Of a stretch of DNA of 64,000 bases, positions 1-12,559 are shown in pieces. This stretch comes from Macrostomum hystrix. Lineage: Eukaryota > Animalia > Platyhelminthes. Each line of letters starts with the position of its first letter. The first letter of the stretch is position 1. Under the pieces are notes generated by a model. It saw only the letters and a list, made by a program, of their open reading frames with translations, searched no databases and was not told the origin of the DNA. The translations under genes and the position numbers were made by a program. Location of the stretch: the NCBI GenBank assembly GCA_950097015.1, contig CATNEN010000038.1:19158001-19222000 (forward strand), written 5' to 3'.

Positions 1-58
1 CTTACTTGCTACACTTGATGCAAACGTGTTTGAAAAAACCTACCGTAGTTCACTAATA

Positions 59-1205
59 GTGTCAGTGAGTGTCAGTGAGTGTCAGTGAGTGTCAGTGAGT
101 GTCAGTGATTGTCAGTGATTGTCAGTGAGTGTCAGTGATTGTCAGTGAGTGTCAGTGATTGTCAGTGAGTGTCAGTGAGTGTCAGTGAGTGTCAGTGAGT
201 GTCAGTGAGTGTCAGTGAGTGTCAGTGAGTGTCAGTGATTGTCAGTGATTGTCAGTGAGTGTCAGTGATTGTCAGTGAGTGTCAGTGATTGTCAGTGAGT
301 GTCAGTGAGTGTCAGTGAGTGTCAGTGAGTGTCAGTGAGTGTCAGTGAGTGTCAGTGAGTGTCAGTGAGTGTCAGTGAGTGTCAGTGATTGTCAGTGATT
401 GTCAGTGAGTGTCAGTGATTGTCAGTGAGTGTCAGTGATTGTCAGTGAGTGTCAGTGAGTGTCAGTGAGTGTCAGTGAGTGTCAGTGATTGTCAGTGAGT
501 GTCAGTGATTGTCAGTGAGTGTCAGTGAGTGTCAGTGATTGTCAGTGAGTGTCAGTGAGTGTCAGTGAGTGTCAGTGAGTGTCGGTGAGTGTCAGTGATT
601 GTCAGTGATTGTCAGTGAGTGTCAGTGAGTGTCAGTGAGTGTCAGTGAGTGTCAGTGAGTGTCGGTGAGTGTAAGTGATTGTCAGTGAGTGAGCGTGTCT
701 AATCGTGGGATGTGTCAGTGAGTGTCAGTGAGGGTGGGATGTGTCAGTGAGTGTCAGTGAGTGAGCGTGTCTAACCGTGGGATGTGTCAGTGAGTGTCAG
801 TGAGGGTGGGATGTGTCAGTGAGTGAGCGTGTCTAACCGTGGGATGTGTCAGTGAGTGTCAGTGAGTGAGGGTAGGATGTGTCAGTGAGTGAGGTTAGGA
901 TGTGTCAGTGAGTGAGGGTTTATAACAGTGGGATGTGTCAGTGAGTGAGGGTTTATAACAGTGGGATGTGTCAGTGAGTGAGGGTTTATACCAGTGGGAT
1001 GTGTCAGTGAGTGAGGGCTTATAACAGTGGGATGTGTCAGTGAGTGAGGGTTTATACCAGTGGGATGTGTCAGTGAGTGAGGGTTTATACCAGTGGGATG
1101 TGTCAGTGAGTGAGGGTTTATACCAGTGGGATGTGTCAGTGAGTGAGGGTTTATACCAGTGGGAAGTGTCAGTGAGTGAGGGTTTATACCAGTGGGATGT
1201 GTTAG
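59..1205. repeat. Tandem repeat: 10-bp GTCAGTGA(G/T)T (59-690) grading into a 33-bp unit (895-1205)
   Basis: Units directly visible; the 33-mer (GTGGGATGTGTCAGTGAGTGAGGGTTTATACCA) contains the 10-mer. ORF 895-1209 is its translation. Confidence 0.97.
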
Positions 1206-1595
1206 TCATCTAAAAAGGTAAATTGCACTGTCTGCAGGTCGAGACAAACAGTCATAAAATAAATAGTTGTTATACTGTAAAAATTTCCTTTCTCAAAGTC
1301 ACGCCCCCGCAAAAATCAGTGCCCCCTAGAGAAAAACTAATAAATTTTGGGGCAGAACCTGGTTTCGTTATATCACCGAATTTCTAAACTAATACATGGA
1401 CTAGATGCAAGATTTAACTATACTCAATACGTGCTACAGACACAAACGGCCCAGTTTATTAAAAATATACAATCAGCGGCCTACTCATCACCAGCACGCG
1501 AGTACTTGAGTACCTTTCAAGTGAAAAACTCGTGGATAATCTGTTGCCAACACGGGTGTCGAAAATGCACTAGGGAATCGATAGAGATTAGGCAT

Positions 1596-2023
1596 TAGAG
1601 TGAGACGCAGAGGTGAGATTAGCAGGGTTAGAGTGAGATACAGGTGAGATTAGCAGAGTTGGAGTGAGATACAGGTGAGATTAGCAGAGTTAGAGTGAGA
1701 TACAGGTGAGATTAGCAGGGTTAGAGTGAGATACAGGTGAGATTATCAGAGTCGGAGTGAGATACAGGTGAGATTAGCAGGGTTTGGTGAGATACAGGTG
1801 AGATTAGCAGGGTTGGAGTGAGATACAGGTGAGATTAGCAGAGTTGGAGTGAGATACAGGTGAGATTAGAAGGGTTGGGGTGAGATACAGGTGAGATTAG
1901 CAGAGTTGGAGTGAGATAAAGGTGAGATTAGCAGAGTTGGAGTGAGATACAGGTGAGATTAGCAGGGTTGGGGTGAGATACAGGTGAGATTAGCAGGGTT
2001 GGGGTGAGATACAGGTGAGATTA
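1596..2023. repeat. 31-bp minisatellite GAGTGAGATACAGGTGAGATTAGCAGAGTTG
   Basis: About 13 near-identical tandem units visible. Confidence 0.95.
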
Positions 2024-3713
2024 GAGCGATTCTAAAGGGATTAGAGCGATTCTATAGGGATTAGAGCGATTCAAAAGGGATTAGACTAATTTTAGATAGA
2101 TTCTGAGGGATTAGAGTAATTCTAAAGGGATTAGAGCGATTCTAAAGGGATTAGAGCGATTCTAAAGGGATTAGAGTGAATCTGAGAGATTAGAGTTGTC
2201 GGAAATGCTTCCTCCAGAAAACCTTCTCGTCGTTTCCTTTGACTCTCCTCTTTAATCTCTTGCTCACCAATTAGTTAATCAGTACGTTTCACTGCACTTT
2301 AATTGTTTCGCTTTCTATCGTCCTCTTAGCCCATAGACTACGCATCCTGCCCGCCCCTTGTTAACTCAATCGTTGTCTATGTTTTTAATTCCGTGCTCGG
2401 TACAGTTCCCCTTTAGTTGCTTCTAGTGCGCACTAAGCCCACTAGATCTTCGGACCAAATGCTTTTACTTTCAATATACAAGTCAAATACAAGCAAAGAA
2501 GTTTTGTCCCAAGCGACAAGAGTGATTCTGAGGGATTAGAGCGATTTTAAAGGGATTAGAGCGATTCTGAGGGATTAGAGCGATTCTAAAGGGATTAGAG
2601 CGATTCTAAAGGGATTAGAGTGATTCTAAAGGGATTAGAGTGATTCTAAAGGGATTAGAGTGATTCTAAAGGGATTAGAGCGATTCTAAAGGAATTAGAG
2701 AGATTCTGAAGAGATTGGAGTTAGTCTGAAGGGATTAGAGTGATTTTGAAGGGATTAGAGTGACTTTGAAGGGATTAGAGTGATTCTGAAGGGATTAGAG
2801 TTAGTCTGAAGGGATTAGAGTGATTCTGAAGGGATTAGAGTGATTCTAAAGGGATTAGAGTGATTCTGAAGAGATTAGAGTTAGTCTGAAGGGATTAGAG
2901 TGATTTTGAAGGGATTAGAGTGACTTTGAAGGGATTAGAGTGATTCTGAAGGGATTAGAGTTAGTCTGAAGGGATTAGAGTGATTTTGAAGGGATTAGAG
3001 TGACTTTGAAGGGATTAGAGTGATTCTGAAGGGATTAGAGTTAGTCTGAAGGGATTAGAGTGATTCTGAAGGGATTAGAGTTAGTCTGAAGGGATTAGAG
3101 TGATTCTGAAGGGATTAGAGTGATTCTGAAGGGATTAGAGAGATTCTGAAGTGATTACAGTGATTCTGAAGAGATTAGAGTGATTCTGAAGGGATTAGAG
3201 TGATTCTGAAGTGATTACAGTGATTCTGAAGAGATTAGAGTTAGTCTGAAGGGATTAGAGTGATTCTGAAGAGATTAGAGTTAGTCTGAAGGGATTAGAG
3301 AGATTTTGAAGGGATTAGAGTGATTCTGAAGGGATTAAAGTGATTCTGAAGAGATTAGAGTGATTCTAAAGGGATTAGAGCGATTCTAAAGGGATTAGAA
3401 GGATTCTAAAGGGATTAGAAGGATTCTAAAGGGATTAGAGTGATTCTAAAGGGATTAGAGCGATTCTGAGAGATTAGAGTGATTCTAAAGGGATTAGAGT
3501 TAGTCTGAAGGGATTAGAGTGATTCTAAAGGGATTAGAGCGATTCTAAAGGGATTAGAAGGATTCTAAAGGGATTAGAAGGATTCTAAAGGGATTAGAGT
3601 GATTCTAAAGGGATTAGAGCGATTCTGAGAGATTAGAGTGATTCTAAAGGGATTAGAGTTAGTCTGAAGGGATTAGAGTTAGTCTGAAGGGATTCGAGTG
3701 ATTTCGAAGGGAT
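2019..3713. repeat. 20-bp minisatellite GGGATTAGAGTGATTCTGAA, interrupted at 2197-2518
   Basis: Units directly visible on both sides of the insertion. Confidence 0.96.
2197..2518. mobile_element. Solo LTR-like insertion (322 bp) in the 20-bp array
   Basis: Ends TGTCG...CGACA (TG..CA, 5-bp inverted termini) flanked by direct repeat AGAGT at 2192-2196 and 2519-2523. Confidence 0.8.
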
Positions 3714-4295
3714 ACATCATTGGAGCGATTCTAATGGAGCCGATTATAATTTTATAAGTCGGATTACGAATCAATTGTTATATATGATTAGACTAAAACT
3801 AGTTGTCACATCAGGTCGTGAAGCATATGGATGTTTCGCAAGATAGGATTGAAAAAAATGTAAAATAGTTAGCTTATACGAAAATTACGCTTTTAAAATA
3901 GCACTTCCCAACAAGGATTGTCTAACAAAAATAGTTCGATCACGCTATTATTCCAAGAAGACTTGTGACAATTTTATTTTCTGATAGAGAAAAATAACAA
4001 AACCATAGCAACCGACAATAAATATAAAAATCTGTTTAATAATAGCATTTCTAGAATGTGTTACTGTAAGGAACAATGGCATACTGCCAGTCGTGTTATA
4101 GATAAGTCGTTTTTTAAATATAACATTCGCTTAAACGCAAGTCAGTTTGATAAATCAAGTCGCATAAGTGTCAGAAACGGACCGATAAAATACCGGAATA
4201 GGTAGGGTTCTGAGATTTTCTATCGGAATAGCAACAGATAACAATAGGCTAGATTCTAGTACACTGATAGCGAGACACTAACAGATTCCAATTGC

Positions 4296-4906
4296 GACAA
4301 GTGACACATCATGTGACAAATGACACATAGTGTGACAAGTGACACATCATATGACAAATGACACATCATGTGACAAGTGACACATCATATGACAAATGAC
4401 ACATCATATGACAAGTGACACATCATATGACAAGTGACACATCATGTGACAAATGACACATAGTGTGACAAGTGACACATCATATGACAAATGACACATC
4501 ATATGACAAGTGACACATCATATGACAAGTGACACATCATATGACAAATGACACATCATGTGACAAATGACGCATCATATGACAAATGACACATCATATG
4601 ACAAATGACACATCATGTGACAAATGACACATAGTGTGACAAGTGACACATCATATGACAAATGACACATCATATGACAAATGACACATTATATGACAAA
4701 TGACACATCATATGACAAATGACACATCATATGACAAGTGACACATCATATGACAAATGACACATCATATGACAAGTGACACATCATGTAACAAATGACA
4801 CATCATATGACAAGTGACACATCATATGACAAATGACACATCATGTAACAAATGACACATCATATGACAAATGACACATCATATGACAAATGACACATCA
4901 TGTAAC
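4296..4906. repeat. 19-bp minisatellite GACAAATGACACATCATAT
   Basis: About 32 tandem units visible. Confidence 0.95.
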
Positions 4907-5411
4907 AGAGCGGAAAAACAAAAAACATCGAATGTCGCACAACAGTAGGAAAAACGGAATTTTTAAAACTATAGCTTGGAAAATAAAAAGCTATATATGA
5001 ATAAAGGTTCGGTATAGTAAGCAAAACAAATTAGTGTAAAAGCGAAATTGCATAGAAAAGTCTTAATTATAAATTGATACAAAGTGCTAAAAAGTAGCTA
5101 AAAGCGATAGGAATTTTCCTAAGAAAAGGAACACTGACTAAACACTTAAACACTGATTTAATGCGATAAAAGTTTAATGGCAATAAAAACAGTTATAAGA
5201 CAGTATATAAAATACCTGTTGAATAAAACATTTACACAACACGATTTTTTCTAATTATTAATAAGACCAAATACGAGTGTATATTATAAAAATCATGTGC
5301 TAAACACTCTACTAAATTAAAGAACAAAGTAAGCCTGTCAGAATATTGTCAGAATTTTTTATTAAAGGAAATTATCAAGTAGAACACACAAAAGTAAAAT
5401 AAAAAGTTAAT

Positions 5412-8400
5412 TTAAGAGACGTGCATGGAACTGCCAGCAACAAAGCCTTTAGTCCCGTAGCCCTTGGCGTAGCAGCCGCGGCAATAAACTTCGCCTTTGT
5501 GCTCTGATTCACCGCCGGCCTCCAATGGTTTGCCGCAGTCGCGACATTTGAAACAGCCGCGGTGGAACACCCGGCCGCTGGCCTGGACTCGCTCGTTAAA
5601 GTACACAACAGTCTGGCAGCGGCTGCACTTTTCACCGCCACCTCCGTACTTGCCGGAGCTTGCGGTGGCGCCAACCGCTTCCGGCTGCTGCTGCTGGCCC
5701 CTGGTTAGTTTGAGAGGATTAAGTAAAATCTTGGGATCCGAGGTGGGCGATCATTGTGACTGTTTTGAGTTTTTTTTAGCCAATTCTCTGGATCTGGGGA
5801 TAACATCTTTGGGATCTTATTCGGTTCCCGCTAAGCTGGGGATCTGGGAATCCCTGGAAAAAAAACTGGGATTAGGATCAGATAAGTGAGATAAGAGATC
5901 TATAATTGTGGTTTGGGATATGGGATTTTTATAATGGATCTGGGAATGGGATTAGGGAAATGGGATTTTGATTAGGGATCTGCGCATGGGATTAGGGAAA
6001 TGGAATTTAGATTAGGGGTCAGGGAATGGGATTAGGGAAATGGGATTTAGATTAGGGATCTAGTACTTGGATTAGGTATCTAGGATTAGAATTAGGGATC
6101 GGAATTATGGATCTGTAGTTATGATTAGAAGTATTAGGTTTTTGTTAATGGATCTGGGAATGGGATTAGGGAAATGGGATTTAGATTAGGGATCTGGGAA
6201 TGGGATTAGGGAAATGGGATTTTGATTAGGGATCTAGTATTTGGATTAGGTATCTGGGATTAGAATTAGGGATTGGAATTAGGGATCTGTGGCTGTGATT
6301 AGAAGTATTAGGTCTTTTTTAAGGGATCTGGGATAAGGGGAACCATATGTTGGGCATGTGAAATAACAAGCAATCACGAAAAAATCATTTATTAAAACTT
6401 TTTTAAAACATCAATTTTTAGGTTAGAGTCGATAGTTCAAAACACTATATGAATGTCAAGCGAAGTGATAATTAGTAATTAATTAATTAGTAAGCCTTGA
6501 TTAGTAGCAATCGAGAAATACAAAATTATTCCAATCATTTCTTAAATATTATCGAATGCTAAAATTCCAAAAAACGAGAATCACAACTAATTCGATACAT
6601 TACTCTCGAATATAAAGCAAGTTAACTTGTTACCAGTACCTTATAATGCTCAAGGTCAATATATGTCGATATTATTAATACGAAGTACTTACGCCTTGCA
6701 GCGATACCAGAATTCCAAACGAGGCTCCAATACTGTCCGGCCGCTATTTTCAAGAATATAAGAAAGTCCGTTTTCAGGTCGAAATTCACGTTCAATCATT
6801 TCTACTATAAGTAGTATTCATTTTCCGAAAAAATATGTGTTTGAATAGGAAACTTCAGCGATGAAAATAGACGACTGACAATAAAATCTAGCAGACACAC
6901 AGACAATCAAAGCAACTTTTGTGAAGCGCTGATATGCATGCATTTAACTAGCTTCAGCTTCAGTAATCCTGTGGTTAGAGCTTTAGAACTGTTATTACTG
7001 AGAGCTCGGGGGATCGAATCACAACTCAACAGACAAAACTGTGTCATTGAGCAGGTCAGTTAGTTCCATAAACTAGTTCTACTAGGTACAATTATCTTAT
7101 TTTCGCTATATGCCATTGTAATAAAAGTTTAAATGCATTAACTGGAAACTGTGACTTTTATCTAATTTGTTTAACTTGAACTCCTCCTTCTGGGAGTTCC
7201 AACACTAAAAGTAATGATAGAAACGTTATAATAAAAAGTACTAGAGTGAGAAGCAAAGGCAAGTGATGGGGAATATTTTTTAGGGCGTGGTAGCTGGAGG
7301 CCACGCCCAAACAAGGCCCAGTTTTCGCGACTATAAGCTTTCATTTGAATAAAAGTACATTAGTAAGAGGAAAGGTAACAGTTACATGGGTTCAACTAGG
7401 CAACGCCTATTGTTTCTATCGAATTCTTTTTATTAACATATATCTTTTAATGATGCAAGTCCGTCTATAAACACATACAGTGGGCGTTTATACACAAACA
7501 GCTTCGAATGAAAGCTTCTAATGCACATCGATGGACAGGTAATAACTTAGCGACTAATTATTACGCATGTCGTTTTGGCTACACATTTTTTAACTCACTT
7601 CTCTATAACAAAACTGAAATAAAAGAAAATAAAGAGTCAATTAAAAGAAACAGTTAGCAAGATTAACAAAAATATTGACGACAATCTGAAGCAATCTGCA
7701 ACAGCTAAAAGTTAAGTAAAGTTCTTATCTACTGGGCATCAACTGTCCTTATCTACTGGGCATCAACTGTCCTTATCTACTGGACATCTACTGTCCTTAT
7801 CTACTGGGCATCAACTGTCCTTATCTACTGGGCATCAACTGTCCTTATCTACTGGGCATCAACTGTCCCTATCTACTGGGCTTGCACTGTCCTTATCTAC
7901 TGGGCTTGCACTGTCCTTATCTACTGGACATCTACTGTCCTTATCTACTGGGCTTGCACTGTCCTTATCTACTGGGCATCAACTGTCCTTATTTACTGGA
8001 CATCTACTGTCCTTATCTACTGGGCTTGCACTGTCCTTATCTATTGGGCTTGCACTGTCCTTATCTACTGGGCTTGCACTGTCCTTATCTATTGGGCTTG
8101 CACTGTCCTTATCTACTGGGCTTGCACTGTCCTTATCTATTGGGCTTGCACTGTCCTTATCTATTGGGCTTCCTCTGTCATTATCTACTGGGCTTGCACT
8201 GTCCTTATCTACTGGGCTTGCACTGTCCTTATCTACTGGGCATCAACTGTCCTTATTTACTGGACATCTACTGTCCTTATCTACTGGGCTTGCACTGTCC
8301 TTATCTACTGGGCTTGCACTGTCCTTATCTACTGGGCTTGCACTGTCCTTATCTACTGGGCTTGCACTGTCCTTATCTACTGGGCTTGCACTGTCCTTAT

Positions 8401-9454
8401 CTACTGGGCATCAACTGTCCTTATCTACTGGGCATCAACTGTCCTTATTTACTGGACATCTACTGTCCTTATCTACTGGGCTTGCACTGTCCTTATCTAT
8501 TGGGCTTCCTCTGTCATTATTTACTGGACATCTACTGTCCTTATCTACTGGGCTTGCACTGTCCTTATCTATTGGGCTTCCTCTGTCATTATCTACTGGG
8601 CTTGCACTGTCCTTATCTACTGGGCTTGCACTGTCCTTATCTACTGGGCATCAACTGTCCTTATTTACTGGACATCTACTGTCCTTATCTACTGGGCTTG
8701 CACTGTCCTTATCTACTGGGCTTGCACTGTCCTTATCTACTGGGCTTGCACTGTCCTTATCTACTGGGCTTGCACTGTCCTTATCTACTGGGCTTGCACT
8801 GTCCTTATGTACAGGGCCTGCACTGTCCTTATCTATTGGGCTTGCACTGTCCTTATGTACAGGGCCTGCACTGTCATTATCTACTGGGCCTGCACTGTCC
8901 TTATCTACTGGGCTTGCACTGTCCTTATCTACTGGGCTTGCACTGTCCTTATATATTGGGCTTCCACTGTCCTAATGTACAGTGCCTGCACTGTCATTAC
9001 CCAATGTGCCTGTAATATGTCTATAGCTCTTATATCGGGATTTTTAATTTATCTTAATGGTTTCATGTTTGTAACTGACAGCATTGTAAAACATACATAA
9101 TTATCACTTACGGGTGACCTTCAGACTGCAGTCCAGAACTACCAGAAGCATAACCATAGCCTTTAGTGCCAAAATGTTTTCCATAACAAATGCGACAATA
9201 AATATTGCCATCATGATCATTCACAGTTGATGAGTCGAGTGTCTTGCTGCAGCTAGCTGTACAAGTGAAACAAGTTAATGGGAGACTTAAAATTACCTTA
9301 AATACAGACAAAGAAGTGAAATTGTTGAACAAAAATACTTACAACACTTCAGGCACAACTTGTGATAGGAATTGTTTAGACATTTCACCTCCTCTGCAAA
9401 GTAAACCTTCTGCTGACAGACAGGGCACATTGGTGAAGCCCCAAAGGTTGGCAT
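5412..9454 (-). CDS. CSRP: Cysteine- and glycine-rich two-LIM protein (CRP/muscle LIM protein family); exons 9454-9343, 9256-9112, optional 6743-6693, 5700-5412
   Basis: Spliced translation MPTFGASPMCPVCQQKVYFAEEVKCLNNSYHKLCLKC/SSCSKTLDSSTVNDHDGNIYCRICYGKHFGTKGYGYASG...EKCSRCQTVVYFNERVQASGRVFHRGCFKCRDC...YCRGCYAKGYGTKGF: two LIM domains each followed by the Gly-rich CRP motif; GT-AG junctions with compatible phases. Confidence 0.93.
5865..6335. repeat. Degenerate GGGATTAGGG-rich tandem repeat near the last CRP acceptor
   Basis: Repeated GGGATTAGGG/GGATCTGGG motifs with a larger duplicated block. Confidence 0.85.
7723..9015. repeat. 24-bp minisatellite CCTTATCTACTGGGCTTGCACTGT in CRP intron
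   Basis: Over 50 units; ORF 7882-9015 (CPYLLGLH)n is its translation. Confidence 0.97.
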
Positions 9455-11314
9455 TGTATGAAAATTTATTGACAGCTTAAGTGCAATTTATTTACTGCTG
9501 AGTTAAATAACTGAAACTGAAATCATGATTAAAAAGGTTAATATTAGGGTATCTATAGATTCATTTTTTAATTTACTTGTATCATGCATATGTCTATTTG
9601 CAAACTTGAACATTTTTCTAAACACCAAGTTTGCATTATTTAAGGAAGGAGAGAAAATGTAACACATAAAGTTATATTTGCCTAGTTTTTTGCTTCCCAT
9701 ACAATATTTTGTTTGTGTCACATAAAACATATTGAAAAATGCTTCTGTTTATGGCTATCTTTTGCATAGGCCTAACATAGATAAATAAAAATATTTCCTT
9801 AGCTAATTGAATTAGATAAATAGAAAAAAAACTGTCTAGTTTAAAACAAATTGTTATCACTGTAACAGGATAATTGTTTTAGGAACCTTGTACATATACT
9901 TCTTAATTTTGGCTAAGAAAACTGTAATCATTCAAGTTAGAAAAAGCTAATAACAACTTAAAAATATTTTCATTATTATTTATTAATAATATTAATAATA
10001 ATTGCAGGGGAGCTGTAGGCAGTTGCAGAGCAGAGAGAGTCAGAGAGCAGAAAGGCAAACATGTACAGGCCTGCTGTGCCACCAACTCTCAATAAACAAC
10101 ATTATAAAATCGTCTTTTGCATACATCTTACAGAATTTCTCTCAAGTCTCAAGTTGAGAAGCTAGATTGCTTTTGTTAGTAGACATTGATCATAAAAAGG
10201 TGGAAAATGGCAAACACATTTTACCCGTCAGCATCTAAATATAGGTAGGAGACATGTGCAATTCCCAAGTCAGATATACTACTAAGCTAAAAAAGCCTGT
10301 CAGATTTTTTTGTTTTGGGTCTGACAATAAAAAGGGGATATAACAAAGCCATTTACAAGTCATGTCTTGCATACTGGCTGTCTAGCAGCTAGCTTATGAT
10401 GACTAAAAAAGGTCTATAATTACCTATGCATTAAACAAAATAAATTCTGAGAGTAAATGATAAGATTTTGAGAAATTATTGTTGAATCATAAACCCAAAA
10501 TTGCACTTAAAAGTCATAAAAAGTAAGTAAAATATAATTTTTTTATTTACTTGATTTTACAGAGCTATATTAAATTAAATGATAAGTGTGTTAAATAAAC
10601 AAGAAAAATCGCTTTAGAAAGAACCACTTTGTTAATACAAAAATAAAAATAATCTAGATACAGCTGATGCAAAGACAAGTTGGGTGTTGTATTAAACTAT
10701 CAAGAGATGTCTGAGGCTGATATAAGACGGATTAAGATAACACTTCTTTGAAATAAATGTATTTAAACAGTTGACTTTTTCAAACTTTATTTTAAGGTTT
10801 AAACGAAAAGTTAACATAAAAAGTTTTTGCAAAATTTATAAACAGTAAGTTTTAAACATACACTAAATAAATATTATTCTTTAATACAAAACTATGCGTT
10901 TTAAATTGTTTCTTTACATACACACCGGAATGCTTTTTACAAGGCTTTGAATCTGCGCCATCACACCCACGATGCCGAAGTATAGTTAAATCGTAAGCGG
11001 GTATGCTCGCTAATTCTAGCTTTAGCTGTGTTTCTGTGTATAAGTAATCTTAGATAAACGATTTTAAAATATTCTGTTTTGTTTTAAAAAACTTTTTGAA
11101 GAGTATGTGGTCCACCTGGAGTTTATTAATAGTATATTTAGTAGTATAGGCTTAATACTAACGTCTAGACTTTAGCATAGCTATAAGCTATGTAGAATTT
11201 ATAGAATTTGTGGATCTATCTGTGTATTTATTTTTGTCTGGCTTTACTGTTATTCCAATTCTGCTAACTTCACTATTGGTTCCTACTGAACCACAAGAAG
11301 GGACTTCTAAAGTG

Positions 11315-11732
11315 GGCTATGGTGGAGTTCCGTTCGTTATATTATTTTTCAATTTCAAAATGGTGCCAAAAGCCCAGTAATGCAACGGACGATTTGGCAT
11401 GACGTGGCATATGTATGTCTATGGTCTAAAATTGACTGTTGGCTCAAGTCAAGACCTTATCGGCTCAAGTTGCTCAAGTTGCCTCACCAACTATTTGAGT
11501 CATTTGAGTCTATACCCAGTCAATACATTCGTCAACTTCATGTATTGGGTGTCCCACTATTAGGGCCTATCCAACTTGATGAACAGATAAGGAACTGATG
11601 AACCTCTGATGAACTTTTCTGAGTGTCCTCGTGTTGTTTAAATGTTGCTGCGTTGGTCGTAAAACTTGTTTAACCTGTCCGCAGTCATTTTGAATTGCAA
11701 AATAATATAACGAACGGAACTCCACCATAGCC
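11315..11732. mobile_element. Non-autonomous TIR element (MITE, 418 bp) with 8-bp TSD
   Basis: About 45-50 bp TIRs GGCTATGGTGGAGTTCCGTTCGTTATATTATTTT / AAAATAATATAACGAACGGAACTCCACCATAGCC; direct repeat CTAAAGTG at 11307-11314 and 11733-11740. Confidence 0.93.
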
Positions 11733-12559
11733 CTAAAGTGATTATACATGTTTTAAAAAACATTTTAATGTTGCACTATATTGATAATCTATAGGCCCTA
11801 ACTAATAATTTTCCTGCTAGCATTTCAGATTTTTTTATGAATGATTTTAAGGGACTGCCTTTGCAGGGTCCTTTAGGCCTAATATTTAAATTAATGCATA
11901 AACCAAGGAGTCACAAGGACCACTAGAACTTAAAGGACAACTAGGCCTATTTGTAAGTAAGCCCATAAATTTGGCTAACTAAAATTGTCATAATGAACAA
12001 GTGAATACAATCAAGCAAAGATCTAACTTGTTATCTAGATTGGACCATTTCAGCCATTTTTTGCCTTTAGCTACTTTTAACATGGGGGCTGGACAATTTG
12101 GTAACAGACATGCTTGCAATCTTTAAAAATTATATACACTGAAGGTCACACTGTGTATTAAAAGAGCCAAAGATCAATGCTAGGTACACGCCAGAAGCAA
12201 AAGTTAAAGAGTTATTTGTTTGCACACTAGTGCACCATGCAAAAGCAATGCATGCTAGACATGGGACAATGGTGGATGCGCCTTGCCTTTGTGGTCCCTC
12301 AAACTTTAAATTTCTGTGTGTTTGGTGTTCCTGCTGTTACACTCTCTCCTGTGTTCCTGTAGTCCTGACCCCGTTATATGAAGTTATTGTATTACTTTTA
12401 GACTCAAATAAAAAAGATAGACACGCAGGCATAAATGAATGGGATATCGTCAGTTAGTCAGTTAGTCAGTCAGGATCACTGTATGTAGGCTGATGCAGGA
12501 AGGCTCCGTTGGGTGGCACAGCGCCAATGTAAGGGCATCTCGACTGCAGCGGCTTGCGC

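Noticed and set aside
1-1580. Possible small minus-strand exons at about 6-39 and 1490-1570
   Set aside because: Splice-like signals exist but no recognisable protein or consistent frame can be established within the window.
5865-6335. Interstitial telomere array
   Set aside because: TTAGGG occurs only singly inside longer degenerate units, never as (TTAGGG)n.
7882-9015. 377-aa (CPYLLGLH)n ORF and similar long repetitive ORFs (895, 16239, 16324, 24995-25748, 29458, 30845, 50295, 52496, 53733, 63584)
   Set aside because: All coincide with tandem arrays or microsatellites that happen to lack stops in a frame; most lie in introns of other genes and have no unique flanking coding sequence.
10918-10961. 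Upstream ATG exon giving CRP an N-terminal extension
   Set aside because: In frame only with the weaker GTGTGT donor; the protein already starts like a typical CRP at 9454, so this is more likely 5' UTR.
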